From an uncultured Hyphomicrobiales bacterium (GTDB taxonomy: Bacteria; Bacteroidota; Ignavibacteria; Kapaibacteriales; UBA2268), in contig CAYXFU010000016.1 of NCBI GenBank assembly GCA_964464375.1, forward strand, positions 15,074 through 79,073: a DNA stretch of 64,000 nt. The letters run 5' to 3'. Below, piece after piece: positions 28,047 to 37,746 of this stretch. A model generated the notes under the pieces. It did not search any database and had not been told where the DNA came from. It was given only the letters and a program-made list of their open reading frames with translations. Made by a program: the position numbers and the translations under genes. Within the stretch, counting starts at the first letter, position 1, and every line of letters begins with the position of its first letter.

Positions 28047-28694
28047 ATGAAACTAATTTTTATAGGTCCTCCCGGAGCCGGCAAAGGCACACAAGCGGCA
28101 CGCATTTGTGAAGAATACAATACTGTCCAATTGTCAACAGGTGATTTGTTCAGATTGAATAGAAAGCTCGGTACGGAACTCGGCAAGAAAGCACAGCTCT
28201 ACATGGATGGCGGGAATTTAGTCCCAGACGAAATTGTAATCGGTATGCTGAAAGATGAAATCATCAAACCGGAATATAGCAATGGATATATTCTCGATGG
28301 CTTTCCACGCACAGTTAAGCAAGCTGAAGCCCTAGATGTACTCCTCGAAGAGCTTGGGGATCAACTGGATGGAGTGCTGGTTCTTTCCGTTCCGGCTGAA
28401 GCACTGATCAGCAGGCTTACAGCACGCAGAACATGCCGTTCCTGCAACAGATCCTATCATATTCTGTACAATCCTCCTATTGTTCCAGGTGTTTGCGATT
28501 TCGATCAGGGTGAGCTCTATCAGCGCGATGACGATCAGGAAGAGGCAATCAAGAACAGGTTGAATGTATATGAGGCACAAACAAAACCTCTGATAGATTT
28601 CTATAAGAATGAAGGCAAAGTTATGATGATAAATGGCGTTGGCGAAATCGACGAAATCTATTCATCGATAAAATCGGCTTTGGATGGGATTTGA
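28047..28694 (+). CDS. adk: Adenylate kinase
   Basis: P-loop GPPGAGKGTQA; LID domain with CRSC..C. Confidence 0.9.
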   Translation: MKLIFIGPPGAGKGTQAARICEEYNTVQLSTGDLFRLNRKLGTELGKKAQLYMDGGNLVPDEIVIGMLKDEIIKPEYSNGYILDGFPRTVKQAEALDVLLEELGDQLDGVLVLSVPAEALISRLTARRTCRSCNRSYHILYNPPIVPGVCDFDQGELYQRDDDQEEAIKNRLNVYEAQTKPLIDFYKNEGKVMMINGVGEIDEIYSSIKSALDGI

Positions 28695-28879
28695 TAAAAT
28701 TATTACTACTCTTATCAAGTATTTCAGTTTCTAAAGATGGTGCTTTTGGATGAAATGTACCAGGACCTTCATGAGGACGTTCCGGGCTCCAAATAACACA
28801 ATTACGATTAATACATGGATGAATACACTGATATTGAGGATAGTTCTGAGCAGTTTTAACAAAAGTTACACTAGTGAAT

Positions 28880-29030
28880 AAAATATTTCTCTCCCGCTAG
28901 GGAGAACAGGTCGGTAGAAAATAGTTTATCTTTTGCTAAGTACCGTCCCTTCGGGACGGCAGGTGGTTTTGGGGCATTTGTTTCTACCAACATGCTGTAC
29001 CTACGGCACAGAATAGAGAGATTTCTTGCT
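28880..29030 (+). other. Candidate structured leader RNA in the 620-nt untranslated region upstream of rpmI-rplT
   Basis: stable hairpins including gtccCTTCGggac (UUCG-like loop); ctctcccgctagggag..ctaccaacatgctgtacctacggcacag; no CDS. Confidence 0.25.
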
Positions 29031-29100
29031 TCGTATGACCATGCTTCTTATCCGTGCAATCCTTTAATCCTTTTAATCCGCGATTCAGACATTGGGAGAA

Positions 29101-29140
29101 TACATAGATTCTTCAGTATCTACGCTACCTCTGAATGACA
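29101..29140. repeat. Partial family-A repeat arm (tacatagattcttcag...ctctgaatgac)
   Basis: matches the right arm of the GTCATTC..GAATGAC repeats. Confidence 0.5.
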
Positions 29141-29319
29141 TGCTCTATTGTGCTCTCACAGACTCTTTTGCAGGCATATTTTTGAAAAATATAAAAATAT
29201 CGTAAATAATTTTTTATAATTCACAGGAATTATTTATTTTTGTAGTCCTGTTGTTTACGATTGCAGGAAATCTTTACTTTTAGAGAAATAAACAACTTAT
29301 ATAATATAGGGTAGATAAA

Positions 29320-29517
29320 ATGCCTAAGATGAAAGTAAAAGGAGCTGCCAAGAAGCGCTTCAAACTTACCGGCTCCGGTAAGATCAAAAGAGAAAAGGCT
29401 TACATGAGCCACATTTTAACCAAGAAATCTCGCAAGACAAAGAGAAATCTACGTCAATCAACTCTTGTTCATAAATCTGATATGAGCAGAGTTACTAAAA
29501 TGCTAGCTATCGGTTAA
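29320..29517 (+). CDS. rpmI: 50S ribosomal protein L35
   Basis: [24 protein letters not shown].. Confidence 0.85.
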   Translation: MPKMKVKGAAKKRFKLTGSGKIKREKAYMSHILTKKSRKTKRNLRQSTLVHKSDMSRVTKMLAIG

Positions 29518-29592
29518 TACAATCAAACAACTGGCACGCGGGGTGAGGCTCTCCCACGGCCGTTTTATTAAACATATAACAGGAGTTATAAA

Positions 29593-29940
29593 ATGCCACG
29601 TTCGGTAAACAAAGTAGCCGCTCATCGCAGACGTAAAGAGTTCATGAAGCACGCCAAGGGTTATTGGGGCAGAAGGAAAAACGTCTGGTCTTTAGCGAAA
29701 AATCACATTGAAAAAGGTATGCAATACGCATATCGCGACCGCAGACAAAAAAAGAGAAACTTCCGCTCACTCTGGATTATCAGAATAAATGCAGCGGCAC
29801 GCCTCCATGGTACAACCTATTCGAGATTAATTCATGCGCTTAAGTTGAAGAATATCGACATCAACCGTAAGGTTCTTGCTGATTTTGCCACAACAAAGCC
29901 CGAATTGTTTACATTAATTGTAAATCAGGCAATCGGATAA
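29593..29940 (+). CDS. rplT: 50S ribosomal protein L20
   Basis: [30 protein letters not shown].. Confidence 0.9.
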   Translation: MPRSVNKVAAHRRRKEFMKHAKGYWGRRKNVWSLAKNHIEKGMQYAYRDRRQKKRNFRSLWIIRINAAARLHGTTYSRLIHALKLKNIDINRKVLADFATTKPELFTLIVNQAIG

Positions 29941-30050
29941 TAGAGATTGACATTTTATTCCCGCGCATTTGTCCTGTCAATATTCTGACAGCAAATTCGC
30001 GGGATTTTTTTATATTTGTATTTCTTATTGAGTAATTATTTTAATCTGAT

Positions 30051-31064
30051 ATGATCAACGAAATAAATTCACTTAGAGCAGAAATCGCGGCTAAACTGCC
30101 CGAGATCAAAACTATCAACGATCTGGAGAACTTCAGACTCGAGTACCTTGTCAAAAAAGGTAAGCTTACAAACCTTTTCGAGAGACTTAAAGAAGTTTCG
30201 AAAGAGGATAAACCTGTTGTTGGTAAAGAACTCAATCTGCTGAGACAGTTCACAGAGAGTGAATTTAATTCCTTGAAAGATAAATTAGAGGATACGGCTG
30301 AAAGCGTTCCGGATATTGATTTGACATTGCCCGGACGTAGAAACCGTACTGGCAGCAAGCATCCCGTGCTTCAGACAGTTCAGGGAATGGTTGATATTTT
30401 CCAGAGTATGGGATTCACCGTCGCAGAAGGTCCTGACATCGAGGATGGTTATCATAATTTCGATGCGCTTAACTTTCCTCCCGATCATCCTGCTAGAGAT
30501 ATGCAGGACACATTCTTCATAAAATCAGACTCTGAGTTACTTCTCAGAACTCATACATCTCCTGTACAGATAAGAGTTATGAAGTCCCAAAAACCACCTA
30601 TCCGCTGTATCATGCCGGGCAGAGTCTATCGCAACGAATCGATAAACGCTCGTTCACTGGCAGAGTTCCATCAGATAGAAGGACTGTATATCAATAAGAA
30701 AGTTACGTTTGCCGAACTAAAGGGAACACTCATGACATTTGCCAAGAAGATGTACGGTGAGGATTCCAAGTTCAGATTCCGTCCATCATTCTTCCCATTC
30801 ACAGAACCGAGTGCCGAACTCGACATGTCCTGCTTCCTCTGCAAGGGCAAGGGATGCCGTATCTGCAAGCAGAGCGGCTGGCTCGAAATTCTTGGCTGCG
30901 GAATGGTCCATCCGAACGTACTCAGCGAATGCGGTATCGACCCCGAAGAATACTCAGGTTATGCCTTCGGTTTCGGTATTGAAAGAGTTACCCTGCTCCG
31001 CACAGGTATGGATGACATCAGGTTGCTTTATGAAAATGACATCAGGGTTCTGGAGCAATTCTAA
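30051..31064 (+). CDS. pheS: Phenylalanine--tRNA ligase alpha subunit
   Basis: class II motifs; FPFTEPSAE; [16 protein letters not shown]. Confidence 0.9.
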   Translation: MINEINSLRAEIAAKLPEIKTINDLENFRLEYLVKKGKLTNLFERLKEVSKEDKPVVGKELNLLRQFTESEFNSLKDKLEDTAESVPDIDLTLPGRRNRTGSKHPVLQTVQGMVDIFQSMGFTVAEGPDIEDGYHNFDALNFPPDHPARDMQDTFFIKSDSELLLRTHTSPVQIRVMKSQKPPIRCIMPGRVYRNESINARSLAEFHQIEGLYINKKVTFAELKGTLMTFAKKMYGEDSKFRFRPSFFPFTEPSAELDMSCFLCKGKGCRICKQSGWLEILGCGMVHPNVLSECGIDPEEYSGYAFGFGIERVTLLRTGMDDIRLLYENDIRVLEQF

Positions 31065-31229
31065 AGATCAATTGAGATTATTTGAGGGAAAAAATCATTT
31101 AATATTTGATTTTATTCATGTCATTTTTTTATTATATTTAATATTATCCTCATTTATACTTTAATAATATTACAAACTTTTGTAATTTATAAGCTGTTAA
31201 TTTCACTAAACCTGAAAATCTATTTAACT

Positions 31230-31889
31230 GTGAAAGAAGAATACTATACCACATCGAACATTTATGACAAGGCTGACACTATAATCAATCAGTCTTACAT
31301 GACCTCCGGCAGAACCCAGTCGGACGAAATCAATGTAGAAAATTCAGCATTACTTGTTTTGGATATGCAGGATTATTTTCTCAGGGAAGAATCAAAAGCA
31401 TATATTCCTTCAACAACAGCTATCTTACCTAATTTGGTTACATTAACCGAAACAATTAATGATAAGAACATACCTGTTATTTACACACGTCATGTGAACA
31501 ACTGTGAAGATGCAGGAATGATGGGAGTCTGGTGGCACAGGTTAATAGAAAGCGGCAACCCATTGTCAAATCTGAGTAGATTGTTCGATACAGATGGAAA
31601 AACTGTTATCGACAAAACTCGTTATGATGCTTTCTGGGGCACAGAACTGAATAATATCTTGAAGCAAATGGGAATCGAAAGACTTATAGTTACTGGTGTT
31701 ATGACTAATTTATGTGTAGAAACCACAATCAGATCAGCATTTCAGCATGGATATGAATGTACTTTATTAGTAGATGGCACAGCAGCTTATAATTTTGATA
31801 TGCATCTGGCAACTTGTGTTAATCTTTCTTTTGGGTTTTGTAAATTGAATCTTATTTCTGAAATATTAGGAGCATTTAATGCTGAATAA
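31230..31889 (+). CDS. Isochorismatase-family cysteine hydrolase
   Basis: LLVLDMQDYF..VIYTRHV..LIVTGVMTNLCVETT catalytic Cys motif. Confidence 0.7.
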   Translation: MKEEYYTTSNIYDKADTIINQSYMTSGRTQSDEINVENSALLVLDMQDYFLREESKAYIPSTTAILPNLVTLTETINDKNIPVIYTRHVNNCEDAGMMGVWWHRLIESGNPLSNLSRLFDTDGKTVIDKTRYDAFWGTELNNILKQMGIERLIVTGVMTNLCVETTIRSAFQHGYECTLLVDGTAAYNFDMHLATCVNLSFGFCKLNLISEILGAFNAE

Positions 31890-32760
31890 ATACCAGGTAG
31901 TTGTTATTGGAGGAGGACCGGCAGGGTGTGCTTGTGCTATTCAGCTAAAACGCTACGGAATTGACTGTATAATTATAGAAAAAAACAGAATCGGCGGACT
32001 GCTCTGGAATGCTAATCTGATCGAAAATTATATGGGATTTCCTATTGGCGTTAGGGGTAGCCAGCTAATTCAGCTTATTAATGATCATCTGGAATACACA
32101 AAAACCCCAATAATTTTCGATGAGGTTAAGCATTGTACTTATGCAGATTATGTCTTCACATTAAAACTAAAAGAAACTACAATCCAGGCAGATTATCTTG
32201 TTCTTGCGAATGGAACTGTTCCTAAGAAACCTTTTGCGGAAATCACTGAAGAAGCCGCTAAAAGAATGTTTTACGAAGTTGCTGACACTAATGAAAGGGC
32301 TTATCAGCATTTTGCAATCATTGGTTCCGGTGATGCTGCATTTGATTATGCTATCAATCTGTCTCAATATGGAACAAAGTCCGATATCTTTTGCAGAACC
32401 TCTGAAATCAAGGCTATTCCACTTCTGGCAGAGAGATCAAAGACAATTCCGGGAATAAATGTTTATTTAAATCATAGTTTAACCAAAGTTGTCATTGATG
32501 GCGAGAAGCTTAGACTAACATTCGAATCCGATGGCATGATGAAAGAAGTAGAAGTTGATTACATTATATTCGCAATTGGGCGTGAGCCTGATTTCTCGAT
32601 ATTTAGTGAATCAATTAACTCAAAAAGAGAAGAACTGATTAAGGAAGAAAAGCTTGTTTTTATCGGCGACTGTGTTAATGGAATGAACAGACAATCGTCA
32701 ATAGCTAGCGGAATGGGCATTAATTCCGCAATGAACATTTATAGAAAAATCAACAGTTAG
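31879..32760 (+). CDS. FAD/NAD(P)-binding oxidoreductase (thioredoxin-reductase-like fold)
   Basis: VVVIGGGPAGCACA dinucleotide-binding motif; 11-nt overlap with the upstream gene. Confidence 0.65.
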   Translation: MLNKYQVVVIGGGPAGCACAIQLKRYGIDCIIIEKNRIGGLLWNANLIENYMGFPIGVRGSQLIQLINDHLEYTKTPIIFDEVKHCTYADYVFTLKLKETTIQADYLVLANGTVPKKPFAEITEEAAKRMFYEVADTNERAYQHFAIIGSGDAAFDYAINLSQYGTKSDIFCRTSEIKAIPLLAERSKTIPGINVYLNHSLTKVVIDGEKLRLTFESDGMMKEVEVDYIIFAIGREPDFSIFSESINSKREELIKEEKLVFIGDCVNGMNRQSSIASGMGINSAMNIYRKINS

Positions 32761-32761
32761 A

Positions 32762-33697
32762 ATGAAAGTAATCAGCAAAACAAGTGATAGTGAAATAGCA
32801 TCTGTATTTATAGCGGAAGACAATAAAGGGAGACTACTTGAATTCGTTGAATCGACACAGCCTCCGTTTACAATTAACCAAAAATGGGTTCTGATTATAT
32901 CAACCTTGTTCGGTTGTCCGGTTGACTGTAAATTCTGCGATGCAGGAGGATCTTACAATGGCATAGTGTCATACGATCAGCTTAAATTCCAGATAGATTA
33001 TCTGATTAACAGAAGGTTCCCGGATGGTAACGTTGACACCGACAAATTCAAGATACAATTTGCAAGAATGGGCGAACCGGCATTCAATCCTAATGTTCTA
33101 AGCATACTAGAGGATTTTCCTACTTTATATAATTATAGATATTTCCTGCCATCGCTATCGACTATAGCACCTGCATCCACCGGAAGCTTTTTCGATAAAC
33201 TGCTGGAAATCAAACACAAATTATATGCTGATACCTTCCAGCTCCAATTCTCGATTCACTCCACAGACATTGAACAAAGAGATCAACTGATTCCCGTAAA
33301 AAAATGGAGCTTTGAACAGATTGGGAAATATTCACAGGAATTCTTTCAACAGGGCGGAAAGAAGATTACATTGAATTTTGCTGTATCGCAGCAGAATATC
33401 ATCGAGCCCGAAAAGATCGTCGAATACTTCGATCCCGCAATTTTCCTTATTAAATTAACACCGTTAAATCCAACATATAAAGCTTCAGCGAATGGGATGT
33501 TCAATGTAATAAGTGGCGACGGTCAAAATTTAGAAATTGTCGAGAGATTCACATCTTGTGGCTATGATGTAATCATCAGCATTGGAGAACTTGAAGAAAA
33601 CAAGATCGGCAGTAACTGCGGACAGTACATCAGCAAACACCTGGGCTGTAATGCAGAACCAGAAGATACCTACCTTTATCCATTGATAAGCGTTTAA
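32762..33697 (+). CDS. Radical SAM enzyme
   Basis: CPVDCKFCDAGG (CxxxCxxC) near the N-terminus; GEPAFNP; starts 2 nt after the upstream stop. Confidence 0.6.
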   Translation: MKVISKTSDSEIASVFIAEDNKGRLLEFVESTQPPFTINQKWVLIISTLFGCPVDCKFCDAGGSYNGIVSYDQLKFQIDYLINRRFPDGNVDTDKFKIQFARMGEPAFNPNVLSILEDFPTLYNYRYFLPSLSTIAPASTGSFFDKLLEIKHKLYADTFQLQFSIHSTDIEQRDQLIPVKKWSFEQIGKYSQEFFQQGGKKITLNFAVSQQNIIEPEKIVEYFDPAIFLIKLTPLNPTYKASANGMFNVISGDGQNLEIVERFTSCGYDVIISIGELEENKIGSNCGQYISKHLGCNAEPEDTYLYPLISV

Positions 33698-33763
33698 ATT
33701 TTATACAATCAGGATTTAAGAAATCTAGTATTATGACGATACTTCTATTTAAGTTAATGTTAT

Positions 33764-35101
33764 TTGTATAGATTCATGGAAATTAATAGAATGTCGGCTT
33801 GGTTCAAGAATTTTTTGTTCAGTACCCAAGGCACAATGATATTAGAAGAGAAGATGCTAATTACTGCTATAGCAAGTGGTTGCATCACAAGCATTATTGG
33901 TGGGATTACAAATTTACTTCTGGGTTATTCATTTATAGCGTCAATTATTCCTTGGATATTAGCTCTTGGATTGATGGTACTTTTTTATTTTGTAAGATAT
34001 CAGAAGAAATATTCCCGGATTATATTTCCTTTCATAATTTCAGCATTTTTGGGTGTAGGATTAATTTGGATTAATAATGGCGGTTACAACGGAACTAATA
34101 CTATAGTTCTTTTCACAATCTTTGTGTTGACTCTGTGTATTCTTCCAACAAACAGACTTCATTTCATCTTCATTTTCTTCGTTGTTCTCTTAGTTATACT
34201 TCACCTTTATCAATATCATTATCCTGATCGAATTACCAATTTTCCAAATGAAGCAACAAGATTTGCCGATACTCTATTCACTGTAATCAACGGTTCAGCA
34301 TTCGTATATTTGATGATTTCGTTTCTTGTTAAGAATTACAGAAAAGAACGACAAATAGCGAATGAAAGAGGCGATCAGCTTGAAAAATTATACAAGGAAG
34401 TAAAGCAGCTGAATGAAGCAAAGGATAAATTCTTTTCGATAATTGCCCACGATCTGAAGAATCCAGTGGCTAATTTATTCCAAATATCACACCTGTTTGA
34501 CGATGAGTTCGACTCAATGAACGAAGTTGAAAGAAAAGAAATGATTGGAATGATTAAAGAATCATCTGTGAGCTTGCTGGACTTGCTTAACAATCTACTC
34601 TTCTGGTCTAGGAGTCAGCGAGATAAGATTATATTTACTCCCGAACTAATCGATGTTAATGATATTATAATTGCGAACCTAACGCTGCTAAAATTAAGTG
34701 CAGCTAATAAAAATATAAAATTGGATTTCCGTAAGAATGTAAATTGTGAGTGCTATTGCGACAAGCATCTGATCGATATTGTTTTCAGAAATCTTATCTC
34801 AAATGCAATTAAATTTACAAATAAAGGTGGTACAATTTCAATTTTCAGTGAAACTGCTGCAGATGAAAAATTTAATTTGATTAAAATTAAAGATTGTGGC
34901 GTTGGTATCCGCGAAGAAGATATAGATAAACTGTTTCAGCTTGATTCACATGTAAAAACCAGAGGTACGAATAACGAGAAGGGAACAGGATTGGGTTTAA
35001 TACTATGCAAAGAATTCGTTGAATTAAACGGCGGAAACATCTGGGTTGAAAGTGAAGTTGGTAAAGGAAGCACTTTTTATTTCACGATACCTAAAAATTA
35101 A
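33764..35101 (+). CDS. Membrane sensor histidine kinase (multi-TM sensor + HisKA + HATPase_c)
   Basis: 6-7 TM N-region; FFSIIAHDLKNP H-box; GTGLGLILCKEF..GKGSTFYF; true start may be M at 33791. Confidence 0.8.
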   Translation: MYRFMEINRMSAWFKNFLFSTQGTMILEEKMLITAIASGCITSIIGGITNLLLGYSFIASIIPWILALGLMVLFYFVRYQKKYSRIIFPFIISAFLGVGLIWINNGGYNGTNTIVLFTIFVLTLCILPTNRLHFIFIFFVVLLVILHLYQYHYPDRITNFPNEATRFADTLFTVINGSAFVYLMISFLVKNYRKERQIANERGDQLEKLYKEVKQLNEAKDKFFSIIAHDLKNPVANLFQISHLFDDEFDSMNEVERKEMIGMIKESSVSLLDLLNNLLFWSRSQRDKIIFTPELIDVNDIIIANLTLLKLSAANKNIKLDFRKNVNCECYCDKHLIDIVFRNLISNAIKFTNKGGTISIFSETAADEKFNLIKIKDCGVGIREEDIDKLFQLDSHVKTRGTNNEKGTGLGLILCKEFVELNGGNIWVESEVGKGSTFYFTIPKN

Positions 35102-35131
35102 GACTAAATGCTTTTAGTATTTCGTTGTTTA

Positions 35132-35162
35132 AGGAGAAGATGAATTTCTTCTCCTTTTCTTA
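35132..35162 (+). terminator. Hairpin aggagaagatgaatttcttctcct + T-tract after the kinase gene
   Basis: stem-loop followed by T-tract. Confidence 0.6.
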
Positions 35163-35179
35163 ATTATTTTTTGTAAGTT

Positions 35180-35548
35180 ATGATTGACAAAAAGAAATTA
35201 AAACAAGATTATTTGAACATGGTTCCGCCAAAAGGGGTGTTTGTTTTCCGGAATGAGAAGACTGGAAGAGTATATCTGGGAAGTTCGCTCAATTTGAAGA
35301 ATAAGGAAGTTAGAATTAAGTTGATGCTGAAAACCGGAAATCACTTCAACAATGCACTGCAAGAGGATTGGAACAAATACGGAGAAGATGCATTCACTTA
35401 TGAGGTAGCCGAAACATTACAGCTGAAGGATGATCCAAACTATGATTATAATGAGGATCTTGAGATACTCGAAATGCTCTTGATTGATAAGTTCAGACCA
35501 CTGGCTGAGAAATGCTATAATCAGAATGAGAAGATAAGATTGGTGTGA
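35180..35548 (+). CDS. GIY-YIG domain small protein
   Basis: GVFVFRNEKTGRVYLGSSLNLKNK matches the GIY-x(10)-YIG spacing. Confidence 0.5.
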   Translation: MIDKKKLKQDYLNMVPPKGVFVFRNEKTGRVYLGSSLNLKNKEVRIKLMLKTGNHFNNALQEDWNKYGEDAFTYEVAETLQLKDDPNYDYNEDLEILEMLLIDKFRPLAEKCYNQNEKIRLV

Positions 35549-35660
35549 TCTATTTCCTAGGGTTTGCACGCTCAGTTAATCAGATTCAGCCGCTTTGTGG
35601 CAGAAAAAAATATTAAGGCACTTGATTCTCCACTTCGTTAAGAATGACAGAAAAGGCAAC

Positions 35661-36209
35661 ATGGGAACAGCACTACTAATAATAGATATTCAAAACGACT
35701 ACTTCGATGGTGGAGCTAACCCTCTTGTCGATTCTGAAAAAGCGTGCATCAATGCGCGTTTGATTCTCGATGCTTTCCGTGAGGATGGAATGCCGGTAAT
35801 CTTCGTACAACATATATCTAATCGACCAGACTCAACATTCTTTCTGCCATGCACTTTTGGTGCTGAGATCCATCGCGTTTTAACTCCAATTGGTAATGAA
35901 ATGGTAATCACCAAGAATTATCCAAACAGCTTCAAGAATACAGATCTGCTTGAATATCTGAGAGCAAACGAAATACATAACCTGATAATCTGCGGTATGA
36001 TGACTCACTTATGCATAGACTCAACCGTAAGAGCCGCTAAAGATCTTGGGTTTAACTGCACTCTGATCGGTGATGCCTGCGCTACAAAGAATCTGGAGAT
36101 TAATGGACAGTTGGTCATTGCAGAAGTAATACAGAACAGCTTCCTTGCTGCACTTAACGGATTTTATGCAACAGTGATCAAAACTGAAGAATATTTGGGT
36201 GGAGAGTAA
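35661..36209 (+). CDS. Isochorismatase-family hydrolase (second paralog); start moved to M at 35661
   Basis: MGTALLIIDIQNDYF..IICGMMTHLCIDSTV; the 35595 extension would translate through a repeat arm. Confidence 0.65.
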   Translation: MGTALLIIDIQNDYFDGGANPLVDSEKACINARLILDAFREDGMPVIFVQHISNRPDSTFFLPCTFGAEIHRVLTPIGNEMVITKNYPNSFKNTDLLEYLRANEIHNLIICGMMTHLCIDSTVRAAKDLGFNCTLIGDACATKNLEINGQLVIAEVIQNSFLAALNGFYATVIKTEEYLGGE

Positions 36210-36364
36210 AAGCAATGAACAATTTAGATAAATCTGAAATAATCAACACACTTGACTCAATCACAAACCGGTGGCTGGAGTTATCAGAAAAGTTGTGAAG
36301 TAGCTGATTACCGTCATAAGCGATAAATACATGCCAAGCACCAAAACCAACTCCGGCAATCAGA

Positions 36365-36410
36365 GAGTGAATTAATACATTGCAATTTGCGAAATGGGAG
36401 GGAATCATGG
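36365..36410 (+). repeat. Second copy of the 40-nt AATTAATACATTGCAATTTGCGAAAT motif
   Basis: identity to 2083..2125. Confidence 0.5.
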
Positions 36411-36516
36411 CATGAATACTATATTGCCACATTTTCTACAAATCCTTATGGGATTATTATAAAACTTCCGAGAAAACCCAAACCCCTTTGAAAAAGGGGG
36501 CTAATACATTCTTTGT

Positions 36517-36672
36517 AAATCAATGAATAGCCACGAGCTTTAGCTCGTGGTGAAAAGAAAAAATGATTTTATTTGGGGATTTATCCCCACAAAAAGAGTG
36601 ATTTCGACTAAAGTCAATGAAAATAATTAGGAATCTTCCACGAGCTAAAGCTCGTGGCTATTGATTCCATCA
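36517..36672. mobile_element. MITE-like element: ~33-nt terminal inverted repeats (each containing the palindrome ccacgagctttagctcgtgg) flanking a ~90-nt AT-rich core with hairpin ggggatttatcccc
   Basis: caatgaatagccacgagctttagctcgtgg at 36517.. and its reverse complement at 36640..36672; no ORF. Confidence 0.4.
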
Positions 36673-37017
36673 TATTTTATGAGAACGCACCAGCCCTTCT
36701 TGTTCCAAGGGGGATTAAGGGGGTTTCCGTTATTCATTTTTATATTCAAATATCGCTTTCATTAGCTTTTCACCGCTAATAGATATCTTAATCACTTCCA
36801 TGGAAGAATGAGGACGATGTAAACAGGTGCTTTTTTCATGATATTACCGATCTTAAATTTATATGAACAATTTAACATCAAAGAACTTGGTGGTGGCGAA
36901 TTCCTATCGCCACCACCATCTATCATCGCCAAACACTTTATTTGGATTCTGCTGTCAATTGTCTTCTTTTGAAATGCTAATCCGGAGTTTGCATAGCATA
37001 TTCTTGCCATATTCAAT

Positions 37018-37665
37018 CTACATCTTCGCCAGATCTGCCAATTTCATTGATTTTGCGAGTGATTTAGCGAAATCCGTATTTGACTGATTCTCAACTCTGA
37101 TTGTTAAAATGAATCTGTAGCCCACGGCAAATGTAAGTTCCGCAGTTTTGCTCGATTTAGTATATTTTTCGAATCCGGGGACTTCTTTGACACCAATGTC
37201 GATTGTTCTCTCATAACCATTGGCATCTTCTCTCGAAAAGTTTGTGCTCATCCAGAAGAAAGCGGCAGAAAAGAGATCTTGAGTGGCATTATAATCCACC
37301 AGCTTTATTTCGATGTCTTCGGCGGCTCCGGTTGCATTTTCTTTAACGTATCTTCTCGAAGATTCCGAATAGCTTAGTCCTGGCATGTTCATATTCTGTC
37401 CGGCTGGTTCTTCTGATTTATATCCGCTTATGGTAGGAGGCATGAATTCCTCAAGTTTTTTGAAAGGTAAGGACAGAGTATCACCTTTCTTTTTTCGTTC
37501 TTCCCAACGCGCTTTTGATTGTTCCTGTGCAGACTGCATATTCTTTGCCATTTCGGGAGCTTTTTGAGCTAGCTCGATAGCATCCTTAATTTCCTTGGCT
37601 TTTTCGCCACAGGACACAAGTATAAATGCAAATAAAGCGATAATGAGGGTAAGGAGTAGTTTCAT
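37018..37665 (-). CDS. Hypothetical lipoprotein
   Basis: signal peptide + lipobox LVSC; Lys/Glu-rich N-region. Confidence 0.45.
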   Translation of the reverse strand: MKLLLTLIIALFAFILVSCGEKAKEIKDAIELAQKAPEMAKNMQSAQEQSKARWEERKKKGDTLSLPFKKLEEFMPPTISGYKSEEPAGQNMNMPGLSYSESSRRYVKENATGAAEDIEIKLVDYNATQDLFSAAFFWMSTNFSREDANGYERTIDIGVKEVPGFEKYTKSSKTAELTFAVGYRFILTIRVENQSNTDFAKSLAKSMKLADLAKM

Positions 37666-37746
37666 AATAGACCTCTGATTTATTTAAGAAAATATTAAAG
37701 AACAGATTCTAATTTGATAACAAATATATAATTATTTTTTTTAATT

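Noticed and set aside
28772-28789. gaggacgttccgggctcc resembles the RNase P RNA P4 motif GAGGAAAGUCCGGGCUCC
   Set aside because: No complementary 3' P4 strand (ACAGAAnCCGGCUUA) was found. The surrounding sequence is AT-rich and lacks the other universally conserved RNase P blocks (AGGGUGAAA, GGUAAGAGCGCACC). Most likely a chance match.
12266-31064. pheT and pheS separated by ~16 kb on opposite strands, considered as a rearrangement signal
   Set aside because: Split pheS/pheT is common in Bacteroidota-like genomes. Both genes look intact with normal motifs.
36178-36432. 84-aa ORF on the minus strand spanning the isochorismatase stop and the 40-nt motif
   Set aside because: It overlaps the 3' end of a well-supported gene and runs through the repeated motif region. 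No motifs or signal were seen. Likely non-coding.
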